Shown here in pieces: positions 10,845 through 24,800 of a DNA stretch of 29,849 nt (the first letter of the stretch is position 1; each line of letters opens with the position of its first letter). Made by a program: the position numbers and the translations under genes. This DNA is from Takakia lepidozioides. Taxonomy: Eukaryota > Plantae > Bryophyta. The notes under the pieces are model-generated. The model worked only from the letters and a program-made list of their open reading frames with translations. It was not told the origin of the DNA and searched no databases. Location: the NCBI GenBank assembly GCA_030704615.1, contig JAKLZA010000355.1, positions 1 through 29,849 on the forward strand. Reading direction: 5' to 3'.

Positions 10845-11918
10845 TGGCTAGTGGTGCAGACTAGTGTTGGACTAGTCCATCACAAGTCCCCCCATTGCAG
10901 CCGTAGGACGGACTAAGTCCAGGTAGCCCAAGATGTGATAGTGCCTAGTCTAATGGTCCACCTACTGTCCCTACTACACTCAACTCGATAGATCTAGAGG
11001 CCGGTGTGCACATGTGTTGCCCTGATTTTGGACTTGCAATGTGTTGGTAGCGTATGTATGCCTCAATGACAGCTGGCAAGTTATTTTACCACTCTTGTGA
11101 AGTTAGCTAGTGAATAGCTAGCTGTTATATATTGACATTTGGGAATTGACTCCTAGTGTCAAGAGGTGGGACACATACCATGTTTGGCACCTGGCGTGTT
11201 ATCTCACACACCAGCATGGCGGTGGGCTCATCTTTGGTCACATTGCAGCCTCACCGCGTACTAGCTATGGCGCCGTAGTTGTGTGGTGCACTGGCACTCT
11301 TAATATATGAGTGATGTTTTTCATATGCCAAGTATGTGAGTTTGAGACAGCGATGTGTGCTTGTACGATTCTATCCCTTAGAATCATTGTGAAGGTGGGG
11401 GACTGCTAAAGTGAAAGTACAAAAAAAAAAAAAAAACGAATAAATTTGAAAAAAATCCCCCCCGAACGTAAAATGCCTCAAAAACTGTGCTCTCGGTTTG
11501 GCAAAAAAAGATTCAAAAAAAAGCCAGGCAAATGCTCCTTGAAAAACTCTCCCGCTGGTACATGCTTGTGTCTACACATCCGGATCATCACGGTTTGAAA
11601 CTAGTGCAAAAAAAACAAAAAAAATATACGTAACAAATTCTGCTTCTAAAAAAAAAAAAAAAGAAGTAAAAAAAAAAAAAGGAAAGTTATCAAAAAAACC
11701 TGAAAAAATAGCCGGGCTGTCACTAGGTGCTAGTGGCTACTGGTGTGACTATTGGCTGCCTATTGTGCTAGTGGAGACCAGTGGTTTGGACTATTGGCTG
11801 CACAGTGGTGGCTATGGCAGCCCAGTGGTGCACTAGTGATAACTCGTGTTTGGTGTCTCACATGTGTCCGTGATTTGGACATCATGTAGTTGTGTAGCGA
11901 TATGTTATGCGCATGACC
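10845..11918. mobile_element. Error-rich mirror copy of the two LTR-like units, interrupted by an A-rich tract
   Basis: 11001-11395 and 11715-11918 are noisy reverse complements of ~10620-10245 and ~10240-10026. Confidence 0.8.
11405..11710. other. A-rich low-complexity tract with no counterpart in the left arm (likely base-calling noise)
   Basis: Long poly-A runs with short interruptions. Nothing corresponds to it at the mirrored position near 10245. Confidence 0.7.
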
Positions 11919-14437
11919 ATGATCCATTTGGAGAAATGTTCCACCATCTCCAGCACATCTTGTTATGGCGAATCGTCAATGAATGGGCCTACGAAGTCAG
12001 ACTCCAACGATAGCCCAAACCCATAATGGGTAAAGATGCAATTGTGGTAGGGGCGTTGAAAGAAGTCCGCACTCTATCACACACCGTGCACCTTGCCACT
12101 AACTGTTGCACATTTGTGTGCATGCCCGCCCACATACTGTCCCTCAGTAAACTATGAGTGCGTCCGCACCCCAAAATGTCCCAACTCCTCATGGGCATGC
12201 GTACCAATCGGCTCGTTATGTTGGATGAGGCACAATCCTCACTCGTCCATCCTCCCATACCCTGAGTAGATGTAGTCCCCTCCCACTTAAACCTCTTGGC
12301 TCGTTGTAGGACCCGATCCCTCTCCTTGCAGTCACACTGCTGTTGTCTATCCGGTATAAGGTATGCCAACACTGCTGCAATCTTCATGCACATCCTGGCA
12401 CCACCAAACTCCTCACTAGTCTCTGGGTCGTCATGCACTCTATCTACATGACCAATCGCATGGGATGAACTAGCTTGAGCTCCCATTGCTATAATGCATA
12501 AAAAGGCCGATGCATGTCATCCTGGCACCATCTCCTCATCCGTCTCACCATGCCACCGCGCTCCAGTATCATCATGCTCGCTCGTGCATGGATTACGACT
12601 CAATCCATCTACATCCCTATTGACAATACCGGTCGTTGCTCGATGCACCTAGAAGTCGTATTCTTGAAGCATAAGTGCCCACCGTGCAGCTTCCCTGTAA
12701 GCTTGTCTGACTCCATCAACCACTTCATGGTTGGTGATCCGTGACAAATGAAGAGATTGTCATAGAGATAAGCATCTGAAATGTGCCACTGCCATACCGC
12801 AACTAGACACTCCCCCTCATAGGAACTATCTTCGCCTCGGCATCATGTTCGAGCGGCTAGCATAACCACTACGAACTCTCTTCCCTCATCATCCACCTGT
12901 GTGAGCATGCCCCTCCCCAGCATACTCCAATCTGTATGTAGCTGAAAGGCGCCCCTGATAGGCACCTCAGAATAGGCGCCGAAGTCAATCGAGCCTTGAG
13001 TTCCTCAAAAGCTTCCTCCTGCTCCTCCTCCCACTGCCACTCTTGACGCCACCTTGGTCATTTGGTAAGAGCCTTGCAATAGCTTAAATCCCTTGACAAA
13101 CCGTCGATAGTAGTTTGCCAATCCCATGAAAGCACGAACTCTGCTCACATCTATGGGGTGGAATGCATGCAATGGCCGCACCTTTGTCTGTTGAACACCC
13201 AATCCTCCGGGTATATCATGTGGCCCAAGACTCAATCTTATTGTGGAAGAACTTGCACTTTCCGGGGTGTAGTTTCACCGTGCGCTCTCAAGCGCTCAAA
13301 CACCACCTGAAGATGTCTCTCATGCTCCTCAACCGTAGCACTAAAGACGTTGATGTCATCAATATAGCATCGGACAAGTCTAGCCCCCGAGAATCCTATC
13401 CATGACCCTCTGAAACTCTGCAGGAGCTTCTTTCACCCAAACGGAATTAACCGCCCTTGGTACAAACAATCCTTCCCATGTGGTCATCCCCCAGAATGCC
13501 TCTTTTTGTATTGTCGCCTCTTTGATTGGCAACTGGTGGTAAACCGGATCGCAAGTCCAATGTGCTAAACACCTTTGCATGCCCAATGGCATCAAAGATC
13601 TCCTCTGGAGTTGGCATGGCATATCTATCGGACTTAGTCTGACGGTTTCACATGACGATAGTCCCTCACACATCCTTCTTTCTGTCCAATTGCCATAGAT
13701 ACCTTCTTAGCTTGCATCACCGTTGCCGAGGCATACTCCCCGCCTGACAACTCCACCAATCAGCTTGGTACAACTCCATATTCCGTGACTGGATCAATGA
13801 CCTCTCCATTCACTATACCGTTAGGCCTTCGAAGATTGGCTGTCACTTGCCAAATCAATACGAATCTCCTGACCCTTCAAACTCCCCAAATCCTTCAAAC
13901 TGAAGGCAAAGCCATTTCTATAAGCCCTTAGAAATCGTTGGATCCTCCGTCTCTCTCCTTCGGTGACTATAGGTCCAACATCTGGTTCCCAATTGTCCTC
14001 AGTGACTGCAACCTTGGGTACACCAGGCTTGGAGGTAGGAGACGAATCCTTTGGTTGCTAGATAGCAACTCTTGGGCCTTGTCCGCCCAATCTGACTGTG
14101 GCGTAGCCTCCACTTACTCCGCCATAGCCACCTTGAGAACATCCTCTGAGCAAGAAACATCTCAACCTCTTCAAAAACCTGGCCACTTTGGCCTCCAACT
14201 GATCCTCAGTCCATGGCTCTCCCCAACTCCCATACTGCTGCTTGAGAGATCCATGACTCCTCTTTGCTCATCTCATCCCACATCTTGCCATGGGTGTTTG
14301 CAACTCAACGATCATTGTGTTCTCCCCACTCACTGCCTCAAACCGTCCCGTTGCAGGAGGATGCACTATCCCATGGGAGTGCAGAAGTAGCCACCAATGC
14401 TTGCAATCTCCGTTGCTCAGAACAGACATCGTCTGCA
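11919..14437 (-). mobile_element. pol: Mirror copy of the Ty3/Gypsy pol fragment
   Basis: Minus-strand ORF pieces give VSRVRAFMGLANYYRRFVKGF, APAEFQRVMDRIL and VARCTVCDRVRTSFNAP. It has more indels than the left copy. Confidence 0.95.
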
Positions 14438-15884
14438 TCCAAACCACATTTTATTCCCTCATTTGCACTCCAAGGTGAAGTTTTATCTCAACTTCATGCA
14501 CTCTTCATAGAGAGTTCTACAATAGTGAGCATAGAGCAAAGATGAACGTTTTTTTTTCAAAACATTTTCCTTTGGTACATTTTTTGGCAAGGACGTGGTG
14601 GTGCGAGGGTTCAACTCACAGAACAAAATCATGCCAAAAACAAAATCATTGCGCCCCACACCATTGCGCCCCACAATCCTATGCCCTCTAAATCATTTTA
14701 TTTAGTAAAATCCAGTTCAATTCAAATTGGATGAAAGGGTGAACGAAAATTCCCCAATGAATGATATTTTATTGTTCCGAAACTTTGGCAATGTCTTCTA
14801 CATACCTCTTACACTTCTTTGAGAAGTATTACATCAATCTAAAATGGTTTAAAGGGTGAACCAATCGTCCCCCTACCAAATGATTTAATTGATTGAAACT
14901 TTGCAAGTGTCTTGTACATGCCCTCTTATAGGTCTTTCACAAGTTTCAAATCAATCTAAAATGGTTTGAAAGGTGAAATCATCATGAACATATCAAATGA
15001 TTTTTGAGTGCTTTAAAAAAGCTTTGCAAGTGTCTTTCACATGCCATTTTAAAGGTACCGGACAAGTATGAGGTCAGTAAAATATGGTTGAAAAGGTGAC
15101 CAATTGTTCCTCTATCAAATGATTTTACATGCTCTGAAGCTTTGCAAGTGTCAGCCACATGCCCTCTTACAAGTCCCGGACAAGTATGACGTGAAAAAAA
15201 ATGGTTGAAAGGGTGAACCAATCATTCCGCATCAAATGAGTTTTATTTGGCTTTGGATGTCCATTGCTTTGGTAATTCTAGCCCCCCAGGCCCATTCTAA
15301 CCTTGAATTACAATTCAAAATGTAATTCATCCCTTAAATTGGTAATGCCAATCCCTAAAATGACCAACCCCGGCCGCCCCTCAAATTGTAATTTGAGCCC
15401 TTGAAATTGTCAATTCCACCCCTCAAATTGCAATTGAAGCCCCTGAAGTTTAATTCCAACCCCTCAAATTGCACTTCTAGCCCCTGAAATGGCAATTCCC
15501 GCCCCTCAAATTGCAATTGTAGCCTGTGAAATGGCAATTGCTAGTGTAGCCCCTCAAATGGCAATTTCAGCCCCTCAAATTGCAAGTCCAGCCCCTGAAA
15601 ATGGCAATTCGAGCCCCAGAAATGGCAATTTCAGCCCTCAAATTGCAAGCCCGCCTAAAATTGGCAATTCGAGCCCTAGAAATGCCAATTTCAGCCCCTG
15701 AAATTGGCTATGGGTGAACCAATCATTCCCCTGCCAAATGATTTTGGATTGATTTGAAACTTTGCGAGTGTCTTGTACATGTCCTCTTAAAGTTACAGGA
15801 CAAGTATGATGTCAATGTAAAATGGTTCAAAGGGAGAACCAACAGTTTCCCCTGTTGGATGATTCATGATTAATCGTTAACGTT
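14438..15884. repeat. Mirror copy of the old satellite relative (core, 120-bp array, and the minisatellite at ~15270-15710)
   Basis: Reverse complement of 6013-7470. Confidence 0.93.
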
Positions 15885-18800
15885 TGATCTCATATTACAC
15901 TGGGACCTATCAGAGGGTACATTGAACACACTGGCCAAGTCTCAAAGCGAACGAAAATCATTTGGATGGGCAACCATCCTTGGCCCATTGAACGAATTTC
16001 GATTGATCTCATATTACTCTAGGGCCTCTTCCATGGTACATTGAACATACTGGCCAAGTCTCAAAGCGAACCAAAATCATTTGGATGGGCAACCATCCGT
16101 TGAGCCATCGACTGAATTTCGATTGATATGATATTAATCCGGGACCTGTGAGAGGGTGTCTTGAACGTACTGGCAAAGTTTGGAAGCAAACAAAAACGAT
16201 TTGGATGGGCAACCATCCGTTCACCCATTGAATGTATTCTGTTGGATCTGCTATTACTTTATGACCTGTTTGGACTGCATTTCGCGTGCTCATGTTTTTT
16301 TCTTTTCATTCCGTTTTTTAATGGGGCGTGTGATGACTCTATATGCAACGTGCATGCCAAATTTGGGAGCGGTCAAAAATCATTTGGACCCAAAACCACA
16401 ATTTCTTGCCTGTTTTGCACTCCAAACTTGATTTGTGCTCTACTTCATGCACTTTTCATAGAAGAGTTCTGCAATAGTGAGCGAAGAGAACACTTTTTTT
16501 TTGGGGCATTTTTGATTGGTCCAAATTTCGGCGGGGGAGTAGGACTGGGATGCTTGAAGCCGCAGAACAAAAATGAGCCAAAAACAAATCGATACGTGCC
16601 AGAAACCCGGATGAAAGGCAGTGCAAACCTATTTATTGGCTTAAATTAATTTAAATTCAATTACATTCTGGAATGGCTTGGTGTCGATGGGGAGGCAAAT
16701 GATTTATTCGTCTCTTGTGTCTTCGCACATGTGTTGCACACATGTTCAAGCACATGCAGGCAAAAGAGGGGCTTCAACCACATCCGTTCAATGGGTGCAA
16801 TAGCCGTGCACGCATTGCAGGATTTCTTTTTCGCAATGAACAAACCAGATGACAATTGAACACCTCATTGGCCCATCGAACGAGTTTCGATTGATCTTGT
16901 ATTACACTGGGACCTATCAGAGGGTACATTGAACACACTGGCCAGTCTCAAAGCGAACGAAAATCATTTTGATAGGCAACCATCCGTTGGCCCATTGAGC
17001 GAATTTCGATTGATCTCATATTACTCTAGGGCCTCTTCCATGGTACATTGAACATACTGGCCAAGTCTCAAAGCGAACCAAAATCATTTGGATGGGCAAC
17101 CATCCGTTGAGCCATCGAATGAATTTCGATTGATCTGATATTAGTCTGGGACCTGTGAAAGGGTGTCTCAATGTACTAGCAAAGTTTGGAAGCAAACAAA
17201 AATGATTTGGATGGGCAACCATCCGTTCGCCCATTGAATGTATTATGTTGGATCTGCTATTATCTGGGACTTGTTGGACTGCGTTTCCCGTGCTCATGTT
17301 TTTTTTTTCATTCCGTTTTTTAATATGGCATGTGATGACTCCATATGCAACGTGCGTGCCAAATTTGGGAGCGATCAAAAATCATTTGGACCCAAAACCA
17401 CAATTTCTTGCCCGTTTTGCACTCCAAACTTGATTTGTGCTCTACTTCATGCACTTTTCATAGGAGAGTTCTGCATAGTGAGCGAAAAGAACACTTTTTT
17501 TTGGGGGCATTTTTGATTGGTCCAAATTTCGGCGGGGGAGTAGCAGTGGGATGCTTGAAGCCGCAGAACAAAATTGAGCCAAAAACAAAATCGATGAGTG
17601 CCAGAAACCCCCGATGAAGGTAGTGCAACCTATTTATTGGCTTAAAATTAATTTAAATTCAATTACATTCTCGATGGCTTGGTTGTGTCGATGGGAAGGC
17701 AAATGATTTATTCGTCTCTTGTGTCTTCGCACATGTGTCGCACACATGTTCAAGCACATGCGGGCAAAAGAGGGGCTTCAACCACATCCGTTCAATGGGT
17801 GCAATAGCCGTGCACGCATTGCAAGATTTCTTTTTCGCAATGAACAAAAACCAGATGACAACTGAACGCCTCATTGGCCCATCGAACAAATTTCGATTGA
17901 TCTCGTATTACACTGGACCTATCAGAGGGTACATTGAACACACTGGCCAAGTCTCAAAGCGAACGAAAATCATTTGGATGGGCAACCATCCGTTGGCCCA
18001 TTGAACGAATTTCGATTGATCTCATATACTCAGGGGCCCCTTCCATGGTACATTGAACACACTGGCCAAGTCTCAAAGCGAACGAAAATCATTTGGATGG
18101 GCAACCATCTGTTGGCCCATTGAACGAATTTCGATTGATCTCATATTACTCAGGGGCCTCTTCCATGGTACATTGAACATACTGGCCAAGTCTCAAAGCG
18201 AACAAAAATGATTTGGATGGACAACCATCCGTTCACCCATTGAATGTATTATGTTGGATCTGCTATTACTTTACGACCTGTTGGACTGCATTTCACGTGC
18301 TCATGTTTTTTTTTTCTCATTCTGTTTTTTAATGGGGCGTGTGATGTCTCCATATGCAACGTGCATGCCAAATTTGGGAGCGGTCAAAAATCATTTGGAC
18401 CCAAAATCACAATTTTCTTGCCCGTTTTGCACTCCAAACTTGATTTGTGCTCCACTTCATGCACTTTTTATAGGAGAGTTCTGCAATAGTGAGCGAAGAG
18501 AACACTTTTTTTTGGGGCATTTTTGATTGGTCCAAATTTTGGCGGGGGAGTAGCAGTGGGATGCTTGAAGCCGCAAAACAAAATGAGCCAAAAACAAAAT
18601 CGATTCGTGCCAAAATCCCCCGATGAAAGGCAGTGCAAACCTATTTATTGGCTTAAAATTAATTTAAATTCAATTACATTCTGGAATGGCTTGGTGTCGA
18701 TGGGGAGGCAAATGATTTATTCGTCTCTTGTGTCTCCGCACATGTGTCGCACACATGTTCAAGCACATGCGGGTAAAAGAGGGCTTCAACCACATCCGTT

Positions 18801-21800
18801 CAATGGGTGCAATAGCCGTGCACGCATTGCAGGATTGTTTTTTCGCAATGAACAAAAACCAGATGACAATTGAACGCCTCATTGGCCCATCGAACGAATT
18901 TCGATTGATCTTGTATAACACTCGGACCTATCAGTGGGTACATTGAACACACTGGCCAAGTCTCAAAGCGAACGAAATCATTTGGATGGGCAACCATCCG
19001 TTGGCCCATTGAGCGAATTTCGATTGATCACATATTACTCTAGGGCCTCTTCCATGGTACATTGAACATACTAGCCAAGTTTCAAAGCGAACCAAATCAT
19101 TTGGATGGGCAACCATGCGTTGAGCCATCGAATGAATTTCGATTGATCTGATATTAGTCCGGGACTTGTGTGAGGGTGTCTCGAACGTACTGGCAAAGTT
19201 TGGAAGCAAACAAAAATGATTGGATGGGCAACCATCCGTTCACCCATTGAATGTATTCAATTGGATCTGCTATTGTCTTGGGACTTGTTGGACTGCGTTT
19301 CACGTGCTCATTTTTTTTTTCATTCCGTTTTTTAATGGGGCGTGTGACGACTCCATTTGCAACGTGCGTGCCAAATTGTGAGCGATAAAAATCATTTGGA
19401 CCCAAAACCACAATTTCTTGCCCGTTTTGCACTCCAAACTTGATTTGTGCTCTACTTCATGCACTTTTCATATGAGAGTTCTGCAATAGTGAGCGAAAAG
19501 AACACTTTTTTTTGGGGGCATTTTTTATTGGTCCAAATTTCGGCGGGGGAGTAGTAATGGGATGCTTGAAGCCGCAAAACAAAATGAGCCAAAAACAAAA
19601 TCGATACATACCAGAAAACCCCGGATGAAAGGCAGTGCAAACCTATTTATTGGCTTAAAATTAATTTAAATTCAATTACATTCTGGAATGGCTTGGTGTC
19701 GATGGGGAGGCAAATGATTTATTCGTCTCTTGTGTCTCCGCACATGTGTCGCACACATGTTCAAGCACATGCGGGTAAAAGAGGGGCTTCAACCACATCC
19801 GTTCAATGGGTGCAATAGCCGTGCACGCATTGCAGGATTGTTTTTTTCGCAATGAACAAAAACCAGATGACAATTGAACGCCTCATTGGCCCATTGAACG
19901 AATTTCGATTGATCTTGTATAACACTCGGACCTATCAGTGGGTACATTGAACACACTGGCCAAGTCTCAAAGCGAACGAAAATCATTTGGATGGGCAACC
20001 ATCCGTTGGCCCATTGAGCGAATTTCGATTGATCACATATTACTCTAGGGCCTCTTCCATGGTACATTGAACATACTCGCCAAGTCTGAAAGGGAACCGA
20101 AATCATTTGGATGGGCAACCATCCGTTGAGCCATTGAATGAATTTCGATTGATGTGATATTAGTCCGGGACTTGTGAGAGGGTGTTTCGAACGTACTGGC
20201 AAAGTTTGGAAGCAAACAAAAATGATTTGGATGGGCAACCATCCGTTCACCCATGAATGTATTGTGTTGGATCTGCTATTATCTTGGGACTTGTTGGACT
20301 GCGTTTCGCGTGCTCATGTTTTTTTTTTTATTCCATTTTTGAATATGGCATGTGATGACTCCATATGCAACGTGCGTGCCAAATTTTGGGAGCGATCAAA
20401 AATCATTTGGACCCAAAACCACAATTTCTTGCCCTTTTGCACTCCAAACATGATTTGTGCTCTGCTTCATGCACTTTTCATAGGAGAGTTCTGCAATAGT
20501 GAGCGAAAAGAACACTTTTTTTTTGGGGCATTTTTTATTGGTCCAAATTTCGGCGGGGGAGTAGGAGTGGATGCTTGAAGCCGCAAAACAAAAATGAGCC
20601 AAAAACAAAATCGATACATACCAGAACCCCGGATGAAAGGTAGTGCAAACCTATTTATTGGCTTAAAATTAATTTAAATTCATTACATTCTGGAAGGGCT
20701 TGGTGTCGATGGGGAGGCAAATGATTTAATTCGTCTCTTGTGTCTCCGCACATGTGTCGCACACATGTTCTAGCACATGCGGGTAAAAGAGGGGCTTCAA
20801 CCACATCCGTTCAATGGGTGCAATAGACGTGCACGCATTGCAAGATTTCTTTTTTTCGCAATGAACAAAAACCAGATGACAATTGAATGCCTCATTGGCC
20901 CATTGAACGAATTTCGATTGATCTTGTATTACATTGGGACCTATCAGAGGGTACATTGAACACACTGGCCAAGTCTCAAATCGAACGAAAATCATTTGGA
21001 TGGGCAACCATCCGTTGGCCCATTGAGCGAATTTCGATTGATCACATATTACTCTAGGGCCTCTTCCATGGTACATTGAACATACTGGCCAAGTCTGAAA
21101 GCGAACCGAAATCATTTGGATGGGCAACCATGCGTTGAGCCATCGAACAAATTTCGATTGATGTGATATTAGTCCGGACTTGTGAGAGGGTGTTCGAACG
21201 TACTGGCAAAGTTTGGAAGCAAACAAAATGATTTGGATGGGCAACCATCCGTTCACCCCTTGAATGTATTCTGTTGGATCTGCTATTATCTTGGGACTTG
21301 TTGGACTGCGTTTCGCGTGCTCATGTTTTTTTTTTTCATTCCATTTTTAAATGGGGCATGTGATGACTCCATATGCAATGTGCGTGCCAAATTTGGGAGC
21401 GATCAAAAATCATTTGGACCCAAAACCACAGTTTCTTGCCCGTTTTGCACTCCAAACATGATTTGTGCTCTGCTTCATGCACTTTTCATAGGAGAGTTCT
21501 GCAATAGCGAGCGAAGAGAACACTTTTTTTTGGGGCATTTTTTGATTGGTATAAATTTCGGCGGGGAGTAGGAGTGGGATGCTTGAAGCCGCAGAACAAA
21601 ATGAGCCAAAACAAAATCGATACATACCAGAAACCCCGATGAAAGGCAGTGCAAACCTATTTATTGGCTTAAAATTAATTTAAATTCAATTACATTCTCG
21701 AATGGCTTGGTGTCGATGGGGACGCAATGATTTATTCGTCTCTTGTGTCTCCGCACATGTGTCGCACACATGTTCAAGCACATGCGGGTAAAAGAGGCTT

Positions 21801-24800
21801 CAACCACATCCGTTCAATGGGTGCAATATCCGTGCACGCATTGCAGGATTGTTTTTTTCGCAATGAACAAAACCAGATGACAATTGAACACCTCATTGGC
21901 CCATCGAACGAATTTCGATTGATCTTGTATAACACTCGGACCTATCAGTGGGTACATTGAACACACTGGCCAAGTCTCAAAGCGAACGAAAATCATTTGG
22001 ATGGGCAACCATCCGTTGGCCCATTGAGCGAATTTCGATTGATCACATATTACTCTAGGGCCTCTTCCATGGTACATTGAACATACTAGCCAAGTTTCAA
22101 AGCGAACCAAAATCATTTGGATGGGCAACTATGCGTTGAGCCATCGAATGAATTTCGATGATCTGATATTAGTCCGGACTTGTGAGAGGGTGTCTCGAAC
22201 GTACTGGCAAAGTTGGAAGCAAACAAAATGATTTGGATGGGCAACCATCCGTTCACACCATTGAATGTATTCATTGGATCTGCTATTGTCTTGGGACTTG
22301 TTGGACTGCGTTTCGCGTGCTCATTTTTTTTTTTCATTCCGTTTTTTAATGGGGCGTGTGACGACTCCATTTGCAACGTGCGTGCCAAATTTGGGAGCGA
22401 TAAAAAATCATTTGGACCCAAAACCACAATTTCTTGCCCGTTTTGCACTCCAAACTTGATTGTGCTCTACTTCATGCACTTTTCATATGAGAGTTCTGCA
22501 ATAGTGAGCGAAAAGAACACTTTTTTTTGGGGCATTTTTTATTGGTCCAAATTTCGGCAGGGGAGTAGTATGGGATGCTTGAAGCCGCAAAACAAAAATG
22601 AGCCAAAAAAAATCGATACATACCAGAACCCCGGATGAAAGGCAGTGCAAACCTATTTATTGGCTTAAATTAATTTTTAATTCAATACATTCTCGAATGG
22701 CTTGGTGTCGATGGGGAGGCAAATGATTTATTCATCTCTTGTGTCTCCGCACATGTGTCGCACACATGTTCAAGCACATGCGGGTAAAGGGGGCTTCAAC
22801 CAAATCCGTTCAATGGGTGCAATAGCCGTGCACGCATTGCAGGATTGTTTTTTCGCAATGAACAAAAACCAGATGACAATTGAACGCCTCATTGCCCATT
22901 GAACGAATTTCGATTGATCTTGTATAACACTCGGACCTATCAGTGGGTACATTGAACACACTGGCCAAGTCTCAAAGCGAACGAAAATCATTTGGATGGG
23001 CAACCATCCGTTGGCCCATTGAGCGAATTTCGATTGATCACATATTACTCTAGGGCCTCTTCCATGGTACATTGAACATACTCGCCAAGTCTGAAAGGGA
23101 ACCGAAATCATTTGGATGGGCAACCATCCGTTGAGCCATTGATGAATTTCGATTGATGTGATATTAGTCGGGGACCTGTGAGAGGGTGTCTCGAACGTAC
23201 TGGCAAAGTTTGGAAGCAAACAAAAATGATTTGGATGGGCAACCATCCGTTCACCCATTGAATGTATTCTGTTGGATCTGCTATTATCTTGGGACTTGTT
23301 GACTACGTTTTGCGTCCTCATGTTTTTTTTTTTCATTCCGTTTTTGAATATGGCATGTGATGACTCCATATGCAACGTGCGTGCCAAATTTTGGAGCGAT
23401 CAAAATCATTTTGACCCAAAACCACAATTTCTTGCCCGTTTTGCACTCCAAACTTGATTTGGTGCTCTACTTCATGCACTTTTCATAGGAGAGTTCTGCA
23501 ATAGTGAGCGAAAAGAACACTTTTTTTTTTGGTCATTTTTTATTGGTCGAAATTTCGGCGGGGGAGTAGGAGTGGGATGCTTGAAGCCGCAAAACAAAAA
23601 TGAGCCAAAAACAAAATCGATACATACCAGAAACCCCGATGAAAGGGAGTGCAAACCTATTTATTGGCTTAAAATTATTTAAATTCAATTACATTCTGGA
23701 ATGGCTTGGTGTCGATGGGGAGGCAAATGATTTAATTCGTCTCTTGTGTCTTCGCACATGTGTCGCACACATGTTTCAAGCACATGCGGGTAAAAGAGGG
23801 CTTCAACCACATCCGTTCAATGGGTGCAATAGCCGTGCACGCATTGCAAGATTTCTTTTTTCGCAATGAACAAAAACCAGATGACAATTGAATGCCTCAT
23901 TGGCCCATTGAACGAATTTCGATTGATCTTGTATTACACTGGGACCTATCAGAGGGTACATTGAACACACTGGCCAAGTCTCAAATCGAACGAAAATCAT
24001 TTGGATGGGCAACCATCCGTTGGCCCATTGAGCGATTTCGATTGATCACATATTACTCTAGGGCCTCTTCCATGGTACATTGAACATACTGGCCAAGTCT
24101 GAAAGCGAACCGAAATCATTTGGATGGGCAACCATGCGTTGAGCCATCGAACGAATTTCGATTGATCTGATATTAGTCCGTGACTTGTGAGAGGGTTTTT
24201 CGAACGTACTGGCAAAGTTTGGAAGCAAACAAAAATGATTTGGATGGGCAACCATCCGTTCACCCATTGAATGTATTCTGTTGGATCTGCTATTATCTTG
24301 GGACTTGTTGGACTGCGTTTCGCGTGCTCATGTTTTTTTTTTCATTCCATTTTTGAATGGGGCATGTGATGACTCCATATGCAATGTGCGTGCCAAATTT
24401 GGGAGCGATCAAAAATCATTTGGACCCAAAACCACAGTTTCTTGCCCGTTTTGCCAAACAAATGATGGTGCTCTGCTTCATGCACTTTTCATAGGAGAGT
24501 TCTGCAATAGCGAGCGAAGAGACCACCTTTTTTTGGGGGCATTTTTTTTATTGGTATAAATTTCGGCGGGGAGTAGCATTGGGATGCTTGAAGCCGCAAA
24601 ACAAAATGAGTCAAAAACAAATCGATACATACCAGAAACCCCCTTGAAAGGTAGTGCAAACCTATTTATTGGCTTAAAATTAATTTAAATTCAATTACAT
24701 TCTCGAATGGCTTGGTGTCGATGGGGACGCAAATGATTTATTCGTCTCTTGTGTCTCCGCACATGCGTTACACACATGTTCAAGCACATGCATGCAAAAG

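Larger units (their letters stand above)
1..21872. repeat. ~22-kb inverted duplication centred at ~10,840 (probable fold-back artefact)
   Basis: Mirror pairs: 10555/~11072, 10025/~11920, 7470/14438, 6012/~15885 and 1/~21872. Monomer-specific variants are mirrored, for example AAATTTATACC (~321) with GGTATAAATTT (~21548), and TTGCGTCCCC (~148) with GGGGACGCAA (~21718). Confidence 0.97.

Noticed and set aside
8030-14437. Two convergent RT genes as a novel retron-, DGR- or DIRS-like system
   Set aside because: Both are the same Ty3/Gypsy pol duplicated by the palindrome. The motifs and RT-RH-INT order are standard, and there is no tyrosine recombinase.
15355-15701. Repetitive ORFs (APQIA/SPRNGN)
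   Set aside because: They are translations of the 20-21-bp minisatellite.
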